Shown here one piece after another: positions 31,192 to 41,450 of a stretch of DNA of 64,000 bases; positions within the stretch are counted from its first letter, which is position 1, and every line of letters starts with the position of its first letter. The notes under the pieces were generated by a model. That model worked only from the letters and a program-made list of their open reading frames with translations, made no database searches and was not told the origin of the DNA. This DNA is from an uncultured Solirubrobacterales bacterium (GTDB lineage Bacteria > Actinomycetota > Thermoleophilia > Solirubrobacterales > 70-9). The position numbers were made by a program, and so were the translations under genes. The stretch covers positions 357,127 through 421,126 of the forward strand of contig CAVZFL010000001.1 in the NCBI GenBank assembly GCA_963774555.1, written 5' to 3'.

Positions 31192-32548
31192 ACCGCACTG
31201 AAGCGGCGCAGGGCGAGGCGGGCGAGCAGGCCGTAGGCGGCGATCGAGGATCGCCAGGTGGAGGAGGGCGGCGGCGATGCTCGGGCCGGCCGGATCGAGC
31301 GCGCCGGTCATCGCCTGCAGCGCGGGCTTGAAGGGGAAGAGCGCGGTCAGCACCTCGATCGCGTCGTAGAGCGCCGGGCCGACCGTGCCGGAGGGGATCA
31401 GCGAGAGGAAGGCGACCGGCAGCGTGACCATGAAGGCGAGCAGCGAGACCGCACGGACCTCCGCGCGCCGCGGCCCCCAGCGCCGCGCCGGCGGCAGCAA
31501 GTGCGCCGCCCCCGGCGATGATCGCCGCCAGCCAGAGCCCGATCCGTCCCCAGTGCAGGGGGACGAAGAGGGCCAGTCCGGCCAGCATCAGCAGGGTCAC
31601 GACCAGACCGACGCCGACGCCGAGCAGCGACCTTCTCGCTCAGCAATTCGGCGAGCGGGAAACCAGGCCCCGGGTCAGCCGCGGGAAGGCGTTCTCCTCG
31701 CGCTCGAGCGCCAGCGACCCGGCGACGAGCAGCACGGTGACGAAGGCCAGGGTGAAGGTCGCCGCGACCGCGATCGCGAAGACTTCCAGCGGTGGGGTGG
31801 AGGCGTTGACCACTTGCTTGTCGACCGCGATCGGCTGGCTGAGCCGCTTGAGCAGCGGCCCCGCGGTGTCGAGGTTGCTGCGGGCGAGGGTGGTGAACTG
31901 GATCACTTCGTCGACTCGAGTCGCGCAGCGCTCCCGGCGGCAAGCGTCGGGCGCAAGGCTTCGAGGATGCGGGCGCTGTTGCGCAGGCCGAGGATCTGGA
32001 TCGTCTGGCCGAGCACGGCTGAACTGGCCGCCGTCGAGGACCAGGCCGAGGAATTTGCCCCCTTCGGCAGCGATCCGCCGCGCGATCACGAGGTTTGCCT
32101 GGGTCAGCAGCGAGTCGATCCGGTCGTTGACCAGGCGCGCCTTGACCGGGTCCTCCTCGTTGACGATCACTTCGACTTTTGGCGTGCGCGGGGTCGGGGT
32201 CGAGAGCGAGTTGATCTGGTCGACGAGTTCGGCGGGAAGGATCAGCGCCGCCAGGACGTCTCCGGAGCGCACCTCGTCGACCGCTTCGGCCTGGTCCTTG
32301 ACGTGCACGCACTCGACCCGTTCGCAGACTCGGTCGCTGACCCCGACTTTCGGCAGCTCGTGAGTGCCGACGCTGACTCGCGAGTCGCTCGGCACTTCGT
32401 TGAGGAAGGCGACCCGCGGCTTCTCCGGCGAGCGCGAGATCGCGAAGCCGACCAGCACCGCGATCAGGATCGGGTAGGCGACCAGGAGCACCGCCTGCAG
32501 GGGAGAGCGGCGCAGGATCTGCAGGTCCTTGAGCAGCAGCCAGCGCAT
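31188..32548 (-). CDS. ABC-2-type transporter permease (several apparent frameshifts)
   Basis: The start reads MRWLLLKDLQILRRSPLQAVLLVAYPILIAVLVGF, followed by a large extracytoplasmic loop. C-terminal TM segments are spread over three frames (…TLLMLAGLALFVPLHW…, …VSLLAFMVTLPVAFLSLIP…, …AAYGLLARLALRRFSAV). Confidence 0.65.
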
Positions 32549-33290
32549 CAGTGCCCCCGGTGATGGAGGAAGGCGACGAAGGCGGTCTCGAAGTCCCGGT
32601 CGGCGGCCTCCGGCGCCTCCGCGCCGCACCACCTCCCGCAACTCCCCCGAGCGACCCATCGAACAGCGCCTCGCCGTCGGCCGAGACCAGCAACCGCCCG
32701 CCGTACCGCTCGGCCTCCTGAATGTCGTGCGTGGAGAAGATCACCGTGGTGTCCCGCTCGGCGGCGAGTGCCGAGACGAACTCCCAAAGCCGAGCCCGCT
32801 GCCGCGGGTCGAGCCCAACGCTCGGCTCGTCGAGCAGCAACACCGACGGCCGCGCCAGCAACCCAATCGCAATATTGATCCGCTGCTGGTTCCCCCCGGA
32901 GAGCCGCGCCACGATCTCCCCCCGCCGCTCGGCCAACCCCGTCAACTCCAGCATCTCCTCAACCGACCCCCGCGGATCAGGATGCTTCTCCAGCCGAGCA
33001 AACAGCATCAGGTTCTCCTCAACGGTCAGCCGCCGATAGAGCGCCGCCTGCTGCGGCACCCACCCCACCTCGCCTTCAGGAACATGCACCTCGCCCTCGT
33101 CCGCTCGCGAGATACCAGCGAGGATCGAGAGCAGCGTCGTCTTCCCGGCCCCATTCGGCCCAATCACAGCCACCAGCTCCCCAGCCGAGGCCTCGAAGTC
33201 GACCCCCCGCAATGCCTCCCGCGCCCCGAAGCGCCTGACCAGCTTGCGCGCCTCCAGCACGGCTCCCGTCGTCCCGCTCCCCGCCTCCAT
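32548..33290 (-). CDS. ABC transporter ATP-binding protein (apparent frameshifts near the 3' end)
   Basis: Walker A GPNGAGKTTLL, signature LSGGNQQR, Walker B LLLLDEPSVGLD. The C-terminus (FETAFVAFLHHRGH) lies in another frame. The stop overlaps the permease ATG. Confidence 0.85.
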
Positions 33291-33344
33291 ACCGCCGAAA
33301 GCTACCCACGAGAGCCCGCACGAGTATTAGCCGCGCTTTGAGTA

Positions 33345-33424
33345 GAGGGACGGAGAGGCCCCTCCCCGGACACTCAAGAGCTGGCTCCCGCCGGCTCGTC
33401 CGGGGAGGGGCCTCTCCGTCCCTC
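33345..33424. repeat. 80-nt perfect hairpin element C (27-bp arms)
   Basis: GAGGGACGGAGAGGCCCCTCCCCGGAC (33345-33371) is the exact reverse complement of 33398-33424. It lies in the divergent spacer between the ABC ATPase gene and hemB. Confidence 0.8.
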
Positions 33425-33443
33425 CCCTCTAAACTCGAACGTA

Positions 33444-34412
33444 GTGCCGTTTCCTGCCACACGCATGCGCCGCCTCCGGCGCACGGAGTCATTGCGCGGC
33501 CTGGTTCGAGAGACGAACCTGTCGCCCGCCCATCTGATCCAACCGTTGTTCGTCGTCGCCGGCGAGAACGTCCGCGAGGAAGTCCCCTCGATGCCCGGCA
33601 TCGACCGCTTCTCGATCTCCGAGCTGGTAGCCGAGGCCACCGAGATCGCCACTGCCGGCGTCGACGCCGTCCTCCTCTTCGGCATCCCCGCCGCCAAGGA
33701 CGAGTCCGGATCAGGCGCCTACGACGACGAGGGCGTGGTGCAGATGGCGGTTCGCGCCCTCAAGGAGGCCCACCCCGATCTCACCGTGATCACCGACGTC
33801 TGCCTCTGCGAGTACACCTCGCACGGCCACTGCGGCTTCGTCCGCGAGGGCGAGGTCGACAACGACATCACGGTCGAGCTGCTGGCCAAAACCGCGATCT
33901 CCCACGCCGAGGCCGGCGTCGACGCGGTCGCCCCCAGCGACATGATGGACGGCCGGGTCGGCACGATTCGCCACCAGCTCGACGAAGAGGGACACTCCGG
34001 CGTCCCGATCGTCGCCTACAGCGCCAAGTACGCCTCCGCCTTCTATGGTCCCTTCCGCGACGCGGCCGAGTCGACGCCGGAGTTCGGCGATCGCCGTGGC
34101 TACCAGATGGACCCCGCCAACGCCGCCGAAGCCGTGCGCGAGGCCGAGCTCGACCTCGAGGAGGGCGCCGACATGCTGATCGTCAAGCCCGCCACCCCTT
34201 ACCTGGACGTGGTGCGCCGGGTCAAGGAGGCGACCGGCGCCCCGCTCGCCGCCTACCACGTCTCCGGCGAGTACTCGATGCTGAAGGCCGCCGCCGAGCA
34301 GGGCTGGATCGACGAGCGCGCCGCCGTGCTGGAGACGCTGACCTCGATCCGCCGCGCCGGCGCCGACGCGATCGTCACCTACTACGCCAAGGAGGCGGCC
34401 GCGTGGCTCTAG
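33444..34412 (+). CDS. hemB: porphobilinogen synthase (delta-aminolevulinic acid dehydratase)
   Basis: 322 aa with RMRRLRR, LIQPLFV, SDMMDGRV, and YSAKYASAFYGPFRDA (active-site Lys). Confidence 0.95.
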   Translation: MPFPATRMRRLRRTESLRGLVRETNLSPAHLIQPLFVVAGENVREEVPSMPGIDRFSISELVAEATEIATAGVDAVLLFGIPAAKDESGSGAYDDEGVVQMAVRALKEAHPDLTVITDVCLCEYTSHGHCGFVREGEVDNDITVELLAKTAISHAEAGVDAVAPSDMMDGRVGTIRHQLDEEGHSGVPIVAYSAKYASAFYGPFRDAAESTPEFGDRRGYQMDPANAAEAVREAELDLEEGADMLIVKPATPYLDVVRRVKEATGAPLAAYHVSGEYSMLKAAAEQGWIDERAAVLETLTSIRRAGADAIVTYYAKEAAAWL

Positions 34413-34446
34413 CGACCCGAACGAGGAAGCATCCATATCTGACTCT

Positions 34447-35553
34447 TTGCGACCGACTGAGTGGGAGCGCGTTGTGCTGAAGCTCCCGCAGTCGAAGGCT
34501 CGCTCGCGCAAGGACGGCGCCGCGATCCCGCTCGACGAGACCGACAAGCGGCTGATGAACCTGCTGCAGTCGAGCTTCCCGCTCGACGCCGAGCCCTTCG
34601 CCCTGGTTGCCTCCGAGGCCGAGCTGGAGCTGGAGGACGTCCTCACCCGCACCAGGCGCCTGCTCGACGAGCGGATCATCCGTGAGATCACGCCGATCTT
34701 CGACACCCGGGCGCTCGGCTACGAGTCGATGCTGGTCGCCGCCAAGGTCGATTCCGAGAACCCCCAACGTGCCGCCCGGGTCGTCAACGCCCATCCCGGC
34801 GTCTCGCACAACTACCTGCGCACGCACGAGTTCAACCTCTGGTTCACGATCGCCACCCCGCCCGACTCCGAGCTCGGCCTCGTCGGCACGCTCGAGGCCC
34901 TGATGAGCGAGGCCGGCGCCGAGTCGATGCGCCAGCTGCCCACCCTGACCCTGTTCAAGATCAACATGAACCTGGAGATGGAGAAGGGGACCGAGGCGCT
35001 CTCGACGACGGTCGACGCCACGCCGCCGCGCGAGCTGGAGGCGCAGCCCTACGACGAGCGCGACATCGCCGTGATCCGCGCCCTGCAGGGGCCGATGGAG
35101 CCGGTCGAGCGCCCCTACGACGAGGCCGCCGCCGAGGTCGGGATGACGACCGAGCAGCTGCTCGAGCACCTGCGTCGGATGGTCGACCGCAAGCTGCTGC
35201 GCCGCGTCGCCGCGATCCTCTTCCACCGCCGCGCCGGCTTCTCCGCCAACGGCATGGGCGTCTGGAAGGTGCCCGAGGCGGAGATCATGGAGACGGGCCG
35301 CCGCATGGCCTCCTTCCGCGGCATCTCCCACTGTTACCAGCGGCCCACCTACGAGGACTGGCCCTACAGCGTCTTCACCATGGCCCACGGACGCTCCAAG
35401 GAGGAGTGCGACGCGATCCTCGACTCGATCGCGGCGGAGTGCGGGATGGGCCCCGAGGACCGAGCAACCCTCTACTCCTCGACCGAGTACAAGAAGGTCC
35501 GCCTCCACTACTTCACCGACGACTACGCCAGGTGGGAAGCGGCGCATTCGTAG
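34447..35553 (+). CDS. fused AhbA/AhbB (NirD/L/G/H)-type siroheme decarboxylase, Lrp/AsnC-like
   Basis: 368 aa with two tandem homologous halves (LDETDKRLMNLLQSSFPLDAEPF...VSHNYLR... and DERDIAVIRALQGPMEPVERPY...ISHCYQR...). Confidence 0.7.
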   Translation: MRPTEWERVVLKLPQSKARSRKDGAAIPLDETDKRLMNLLQSSFPLDAEPFALVASEAELELEDVLTRTRRLLDERIIREITPIFDTRALGYESMLVAAKVDSENPQRAARVVNAHPGVSHNYLRTHEFNLWFTIATPPDSELGLVGTLEALMSEAGAESMRQLPTLTLFKINMNLEMEKGTEALSTTVDATPPRELEAQPYDERDIAVIRALQGPMEPVERPYDEAAAEVGMTTEQLLEHLRRMVDRKLLRRVAAILFHRRAGFSANGMGVWKVPEAEIMETGRRMASFRGISHCYQRPTYEDWPYSVFTMAHGRSKEECDAILDSIAAECGMGPEDRATLYSSTEYKKVRLHYFTDDYARWEAAHS

Positions 35554-35554
35554 T

Positions 35555-35663
35555 GCCGATTCCGGTGGGGGTTTCGCTTAACTTTTTGGGTGGAGACGGG
35601 GCTGCTGACACCGCCTGCGCGCGCCCAAAAAGTACAAGACGCTTCACCCCCACCGGAATCGGC
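35555..35663 (+). repeat. 109-nt palindromic element, family B, copy 2 (18-bp perfect arms)
   Basis: Arms are GCCGATTCCGGTGGGGGT / ACCCCCACCGGAATCGGC. The core blocks TTCGCTTAACTTTTT and AAAAAGTACAAGACGCTTCA are the same as in copy 1. Confidence 0.8.
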
Positions 35664-35674
35664 TTCTAGATCCG

Positions 35675-36943
35675 ATGTCCTCCCACGAGCTGTACCAGAG
35701 GGCGGTGAAGGTACTTCCGGGGGGCGTTAATTCCCCTGTGCGGGCTATGCGGCAGATTGGGCGGGAGCCGATCTTTATTGAGCGGGGGGAGGGTTGTGAG
35801 CTGGTCGATGTGGATGGCAATCGCTATGTCGACTGGGTTTGCTCCTGGGGGCCGCTGATTCTTGGTCACGCTCACCCCGCGGTGGTGACGGCGGTTGCCG
35901 AGGCGACCACGCGGGGGACGAGCTTTGGTGCGGCGACCGCGGCGGAGGTGGAGCTGGCGGAGGAGATCGTCGACCGGGTTCCCTCGGTGGAGATGGTGCG
36001 GATGACCAACTCCGGCACCGAGGCGGTGATGAGCGCCGTGCGCCTCGCTCGCGCCGCCACCGGGCGCGAGGTCGTGCTCAAGTTCGCCGGCGCCTACCAC
36101 GGCCATTCCGACGGCCTGCTCGCCGAGGCTGGCTCGGGATTGGCGACGCTGGCGATCCCGGCCAGCCCCGGCGTCACCGCGGCCCAGGCGGCGACCACCG
36201 TGGTCGTGCCCTGGAACGACCGCGAGGCGGTCAGCCAGGCGCTCGCCGAGCACTCCGTGGCCGCCCTGATCGCCGAGCCGATCGCCGCCAACATGGGCCT
36301 GGTTCCCCCGGCGCCGGGCTTCCTCGAGTTCCTGCGCGAGGCCAGCAGTGAGGCCGGCGCCCTGCTCGTCTTCGACGAGGTGATCACCGGCTTCCGCGTC
36401 GGCCGGGGCGGAGCCCAGCAGCTCTACGCGGTCGAACCCGACCTGACCGCGCTCGGCAAGGTGATTGGCGGCGGCCTGCCGGCGGCGGCCTTCGCCGGCC
36501 GTCGTGAGCTGCTCGAACGGATCGCTCCCGCCGGCGACGTCTACCAGGCCGGCACGCTCTCGGGCAACCCGCTCGCCACCGCGGCGGGTCTGGCAACGCT
36601 GGCGCAGTTGGACGACGCCGCCTACGAGCGGCTCGCCTCGCTGACCGAGCGGCTCGCCGCTGGCTTCCGGGAGCTCGCCGCAGATCGGCCGCTCCAGATC
36701 GCCACCGCGACCGGCCTCGTCACCCCCTTCTTCAGCGAGCGCCCGGTCAACGACTTCGCCGCTGCCAGCGCCTGCGACCTCGACGCCCACGCCCGCTTCT
36801 GCCGCGCCCTGCTCGACCGCGGCGTCTACCCGCCCCCATCCCAGTTCGAGGCCTGGTTCGTCTCCCTCGCCCACGACGAGGCAACGATCGACCGCACCCT
36901 CGAAGCCGCCGCCGAGTCCCTGCAAGAGGCCTTCCCAACATGA
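35675..36943 (+). CDS. hemL: glutamate-1-semialdehyde 2,1-aminomutase
   Basis: 422 aa with LPGGVNSPVRA, SWGPLILGHAHP, FDEVITGFR, and LGKVIGGGLP (PLP lysine). Confidence 0.95.
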   Translation: MSSHELYQRAVKVLPGGVNSPVRAMRQIGREPIFIERGEGCELVDVDGNRYVDWVCSWGPLILGHAHPAVVTAVAEATTRGTSFGAATAAEVELAEEIVDRVPSVEMVRMTNSGTEAVMSAVRLARAATGREVVLKFAGAYHGHSDGLLAEAGSGLATLAIPASPGVTAAQAATTVVVPWNDREAVSQALAEHSVAALIAEPIAANMGLVPPAPGFLEFLREASSEAGALLVFDEVITGFRVGRGGAQQLYAVEPDLTALGKVIGGGLPAAAFAGRRELLERIAPAGDVYQAGTLSGNPLATAAGLATLAQLDDAAYERLASLTERLAAGFRELAADRPLQIATATGLVTPFFSERPVNDFAAASACDLDAHARFCRALLDRGVYPPPSQFEAWFVSLAHDEATIDRTLEAAAESLQEAFPT

Positions 36944-36988
36944 GGTGCAACGTTTTCTCCCCCTGCGAAGGGGACAACGCGTTGCACC
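36944..36988 (+). repeat. 45-nt palindromic element, family E, copy 1
   Basis: GGTGCAACGTTTTCTCCCCCTGCGAAGGGGACAACGCGTTGCACC starts 1 nt after the hemL stop. Confidence 0.75.
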
Positions 36989-37454
36989 CCGGGTTGTGGA
37001 CGTGAGTTCTGACCCGAACCAAGCCCTTGCGACCCTTGCGGCGCTCTTGCGCGAGGAGCAGACGCCGATTTCGCCGCAAGTGGTCGAGACCGAGGAGCGG
37101 CCGGTCTTCGGGCTGCTTGCGTCCCTCGGGCCGCGTGCCGCGGCGGCCCCGGGCGAGTACGCGATCGTGGTCGAGGCGGTGCGCGAGGGCTACCTGCTGC
37201 ACTACGCAGAGCCGCGCCTGCTGCGCGGCCACGACGCCGACCTCGCCCTGCTCGCCGGTGACTATCTCTATGCCCTCGGCATCGAGCGGCTGGCCGCCCT
37301 CGGTGACGCCGAGGCTGTGGTCGCGCTGGCCGACCTGATCGCCAGCTGCGCCCAGTTGCACGCCGAGGGGCGGGAGGACGAGGTGCCGGCGTTGTGGCGC
37401 AGCGCCGCTGCGGCGATCGGCGGCGATCGGCAAGCCGACCGCGACGCGGCCTGA
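36945..37454 (+). CDS. hypothetical protein (weak resemblance to heptaprenyl diphosphate synthase component I)
   Basis: 169-aa track ORF. The true start is probably GTG near 36996, after repeat E1. The LLAGDYLYALGIERLAALGD motif is reminiscent of HepS, and the gene is in the same gene cluster as the menG and polyprenyl synthase genes. Low certainty. Confidence 0.4.
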   Translation: MQRFLPLRRGQRVAPRVVDVSSDPNQALATLAALLREEQTPISPQVVETEERPVFGLLASLGPRAAAAPGEYAIVVEAVREGYLLHYAEPRLLRGHDADLALLAGDYLYALGIERLAALGDAEAVVALADLIASCAQLHAEGREDEVPALWRSAAAAIGGDRQADRDAA

Positions 37455-37487
37455 GTCAATAGACTCCGCGCTTCTGAGGTCGAGCTG

Positions 37488-38168
37488 TTGAGTGACGAAA
37501 CGGACAAGCAGAACGGGGCCGAGACGCCCGGCCGGGCAGAGCGCCCGCAGCCGGAACCGCCCGGCTACTTCGAGGGCGAGTCGATGACCCGCCGCCGCGC
37601 CTTCACGGTCGCCGTGCAGGGCCTCGGCGGCATCGCCGGCGCGGCGATCGTGCTGCCCGCCGTCGGCTTCGCCGTGGCGCCAATCTTCCACCGCGGCAAG
37701 GAGCGCTGGGAGGCGGTCGGCCCGGTCAGCGACTTCGTCGAAGACACTTACCGCCAGGTCGTCTTCACCGAAACCGAGTCGATCGGCGACGCCGGCAAGA
37801 CCACCGCCTACGTGCGCCGCAGCTCCAAGCAGCTCGGTGAAGAACCGGGCAAGTTCGTCGCCGTCTCCAACCGCTGCGCCCACCTCGGCTGCCCGGTCCG
37901 CTTCGTCGAGGCCGCCGGCAACTTCATCTGCCCCTGTCACGGCGGCGTCTACGACTTCCAGGGCAAGCGGATCGGCGGCCCGCCGGTGCGCCCGCTCGAC
38001 CAGTTCCAGACCCGTGTCCGCGACGGCCAGGTCGAGGTTGGCCCGCGCTTCAGCGTCACCTCCCAGCTCGAACCGGTGCGCGCCCGCGACCCCGGCGAGT
38101 TCACCGGCGGCATCTGGGAATATCTGTACCCGCCGCGTCCGTCCACCTTCCCGCCCCCGAGCAGCTGA
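37488..38168 (+). CDS. qcrA: Rieske 2Fe-2S subunit of menaquinol-cytochrome c reductase
   Basis: 226 aa with CAHLGCPV and CPCHGGVYD cluster-binding boxes. It has a Tat-like/TM N-terminal region. Confidence 0.85.
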   Translation: MSDETDKQNGAETPGRAERPQPEPPGYFEGESMTRRRAFTVAVQGLGGIAGAAIVLPAVGFAVAPIFHRGKERWEAVGPVSDFVEDTYRQVVFTETESIGDAGKTTAYVRRSSKQLGEEPGKFVAVSNRCAHLGCPVRFVEAAGNFICPCHGGVYDFQGKRIGGPPVRPLDQFQTRVRDGQVEVGPRFSVTSQLEPVRARDPGEFTGGIWEYLYPPRPSTFPPPSS

Positions 38169-38179
38169 TCTAGGCGACG

Positions 38180-39072
38180 ATGAAGCTCGACTCCCTGATC
38201 CCCGCGCCGCTTCGCAAACCGGCCAAGCCGGGCGCCGGCAACGGCGCCGCCAAGGGTTCCGCGCCGGCCGATCTGAAGACGGCGCCGCCGGAGCGTCCGA
38301 CCGACACCAAGCGCCTCACCGACCGCGCGGTCGAAGCGCCCGTCGACGTCCTCGCCTGGGTCGACCAGCGCACCGCCGCCTCCGGCTTCCTCACCGGGAT
38401 GCTCTACCGCAAGGTGCCGAAGGGGACCAACTGGTTCTACACGCTCGGCTCCGCCACCCTGATCGCCTTCATCTCGCAGGCGATCACCGGCGTCTTCCTG
38501 GCGATGTTCTACACGCCCTCGACCACCCAGGCCTACGCCTCGATCGCCCACATCAACAACGACGTCTTCCTCGGCCAGCTCGTCCACGGCATGCACAAGT
38601 GGGGATCGAGCGTGATGGTGATCCTGATCTTCCTCCACATGGGGCGCACCTTCTTCTTCGGCGCCTACAAGTACCCGCGCGAGCTCAACTGGGTGATCGG
38701 CGTGGTGCTGCTGATCCTGACGATGACGATGGCCTTCACCGGTTACCTGCTGCCCTTCGACCAGCGCTCCTTCTGGGCCTCGGTCGTCGGCATCAACATC
38801 AACGGCACCGGCCCGATCGTCGGCCCCTACCTGAGCGATTTCCTGCGCGCCGGCCCGGAGCTGGGGGCGACGACGCTCTCGCGCTTCTACGCGATCCACA
38901 TGCTGCTCTCCCCGGCGCGATCATCGCCCTGATCGGCGCCCACATGTACCTCGTGGTCAAGCTCGGCACGACCGCACCGCCCTGGTTGAAAGCGGAAAAG
39001 CCCAAGATCGCGCAGCCGGCTGCCCAGCTCGACGCCGGCGCCAACGGCAACGGGGCGGCGCCGACCTCATGA
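38180..39072 (+). CDS. qcrB: cytochrome b (b6-like) subunit (apparent frameshift near 38905-38915)
   Basis: Sequence WFYTLGSATLIAFISQAITGVFLAMFY, VHGMHKWGSSVMV..LHM (heme-ligand His pairs) and YLLPFDQRSFWA. The tail (LPGAIIALIGAHMYLVVKLG...) lies in another frame and ends at 39072. Confidence 0.85.
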
Positions 39073-39769
39073 AGCCCGTAGAGAAGCAGGCCTACCTCGA
39101 GGAATACGAGCTGCTGAAGAAGAAGGGCAAGCCCTTCTTCCCCTACGCGGTGCTGAAGGACTCGGCGATGATGCTGGTGGTCGTCGGCGTGATCATCCTG
39201 ATGTCGGTCATCCTCGGCGCCGAGCAGGGTCCCAAGGCCGACCCGACCTCGACCACCTACGTGCCGCGGCCCGAGTGGTACTTCTTCTTCCTCTTCGAGC
39301 TCCTGCGCGTGATCAAGCCGCCGGAGCTGGTCCCGATCGCGACGATCGGCATCCCCACGGTCTGCATGGTCCTCCTTCTCCTGCTGCCGTTCTACGACCG
39401 TGGCCCCGAGCGCAACCCGATCCGCCGCCCGATCGCCACCACCGCCGGCTGTTTGACGATCGTCGCCATGGCCTACCTCAGCTACCTCGGCGCCACCGGC
39501 GGCTCGCCGACCGAGATCGACATGAAGGTCGCGCCGCGCTACGAGGCGGGCAAGGAGATCGTCGCCGCCTCCGGCTGCCTCGCCTGCCACAAGCTCGGTG
39601 AGAACGGCAACAACGGGCCTGGCCCGGAACTGACCCACATCGCGCAGCGGATCCCGCGCGCGGCGATCCTGCGCTCGATCGAGATCGGCCCGGGTATCAT
39701 GCCCTCCTTCCGGACCTGCCGCCGAAGAAGCTCAACGAGCTCGCCGATTTCCTCTCCTCACTCGACTAA
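39069..39769 (+). CDS. qcrC: cytochrome b C-terminal (subunit IV-like) domain fused to mono-heme cytochrome c (apparent frameshift near 39705)
   Basis: RPEWYFFFLFELLR (the PEWY motif), three TM segments, and the CLACH heme c site. After the shift the C-terminus reads DLPPKKLNELADFLSSLD, followed by a stop. Confidence 0.75.
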
Positions 39770-39812
39770 GCCCTCGCGGGACTCCGCCCAGTTCGCGGGG
39801 CAGGTCAACCGC

Positions 39813-40484
39813 ATGTTCGATCGCGTCGCGAGCCGCTACGACGCGCTCAACTCGGTGATGACGGCCGGCCTGCATCACCGCTGGCGGGAGCGCGCCGCCG
39901 AGCGGGCCGAACTCAGCCCCGGCGACTCGGCGCTCGACGTCTGCTGCGGCACCGGCGACTTGGCGCTCGAGCTGGCCGGGCGCGTGGCGCCCGACGGCCA
40001 CGTCGTCGGCTGCGATTTCTCCGAGCCGATGCTCGACCTCGCCCGCGAGAAGGCCAGCTCGCGCGGCGCCGCGGGCGTCCGCTTCGAGTGGGCCGACGCG
40101 CTCAGCCTGCCCTACGACGCCGATCGCTTCGACGCCGTCACGGTTGGCTTCGGCGTGCGCAACCTCGCCGACCTCGACCGCGGCCTGCGCGAGATGACCC
40201 GGGTTCTGCGCCCGGGCGGGCGCCTGGTCGTGCTCGAGATCACCCAGCCGACGAGGCCGCCGCTCTCGACCTTCTACTCGCTCTGGTTCGACCGCATCGT
40301 GCCGCTGCTCGGCTCGCTCTCCGAGCGAGTCGGAGGCCTACAGCTACCTGCCCGAGTCGGTGCGCAACTTCCCCGCGGCCGGAACGGCTGGCCGAGATGA
40401 TGGACGCGGCGCGGGCTGGAGCAGATTCGCTGGACGGTTCTCGCCGGGGGGATCATCGCGATCCACAGCGGCGTCCTCGGGTGA
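39813..40484 (+). CDS. menG: demethylmenaquinone methyltransferase (UbiE/MenG) (about three apparent frameshifts at the 3' end)
   Basis: MFDRVASRYDALNSVMTAGLHHRWR, the SAM motif LDVCCGTGDLALEL, and VGFGVRNL. The C-terminal pieces EAYSYLPESVRNFPAA, ERLAEMMDAA and GLEQIRWTVLAGGIIAIHSG lie in different frames. The start may be upstream and non-canonical. Confidence 0.8.
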
Positions 40485-41450
40485 CCCGTCCCTCGGCGGT
40501 GCCGCCGCCGGTCACCGCTGTGCTCGATGCGTCGAGCCGCTGGCTGCCGTCGCGGCTGGACGAGGTCGAGGAACGTCCTGCGCGAGCAGAACCGCGATTA
40601 CGGGGAGCTGCTTGGGTGCCGACGCCGCGGCGACGCTAGCTGCCGGCGGCAAGCGGCTGCGGCCGCTGCTGGTCCTGCTCTGCGCCGGCAGCGACGGGGG
40701 GGAGGAGGCCGTGCGCGCGGCGGCGGCGATCGAGCTCGTCCACATGGCGACGCTCGTCCACGACGACGTGCTCGACGCAGGCGCCGCTGCGCCGCGGTCA
40801 ACCCACGGTCGCCGCCACCGCGGGCCGCGCCCGCGCCACCGCGGTCGGCGACCTGCTCTTCTCGCGCGCCTTCGCCCTGCTCGCCGGCCACGGCGACCGC
40901 GGTCGCGGTCTCGCTGCTGGCTGGGGCCTCGGTGGCGCTGGCGCAGGGCGAGCTGGCCCAGCGCCAGGACGCCTTCGACGGCGGCATCTCCGAGGATCGC
41001 TACCTCGAGCGCTGCCGGCTGAAGACGGCGAAGCTGTTCGAGTGCGCCTGCCGCCTAGGGCGCGACGTCGAGGCCCTGGGAGCCTTCGGCGCCGAGATCG
41101 GCCTCGCCTTCCAGCTCCTCGACGACGTCCTCGACGTCTCCGGGCCGGCGGAGCGCACGGGCAAGGCGCGTGGAACCGACCTGCTCGACGGCACCGTCAC
41201 CCTGCCGCTGATCCTGGCGGCGGCCGAGGACCCGGCGATCCGCCGACGCGGACCTCCGCGCGCTCGACGCCGCGTCCGCCGAGGCACTCTGCGACCGCAT
41301 CGCCGCAACCGGCGCCCTGGACCGCGTCCGCACCCGAGCCCTGAAGATGGTCACAGACGCCAAGCAGAAGCTAACGAGGCAAAGTTCGACGCCGAGCAAC
41401 GTCACTTACTCGAGCTGGTCGCCGACGGCGTCGTCCAACGCTACGCATAG
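40481..41450 (+). CDS. polyprenyl (hepta/octaprenyl-type) diphosphate synthase (several apparent frameshifts)
   Basis: GGKRLRPLLVLL, the first DDxxD box (ELVHMATLVHDDVLD), the second box (LAFQLLDDVLD), and KARGTDLLDGTVTLPLI. The pieces lie in three frames. The GTG start overlaps the menG stop. Confidence 0.8.
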
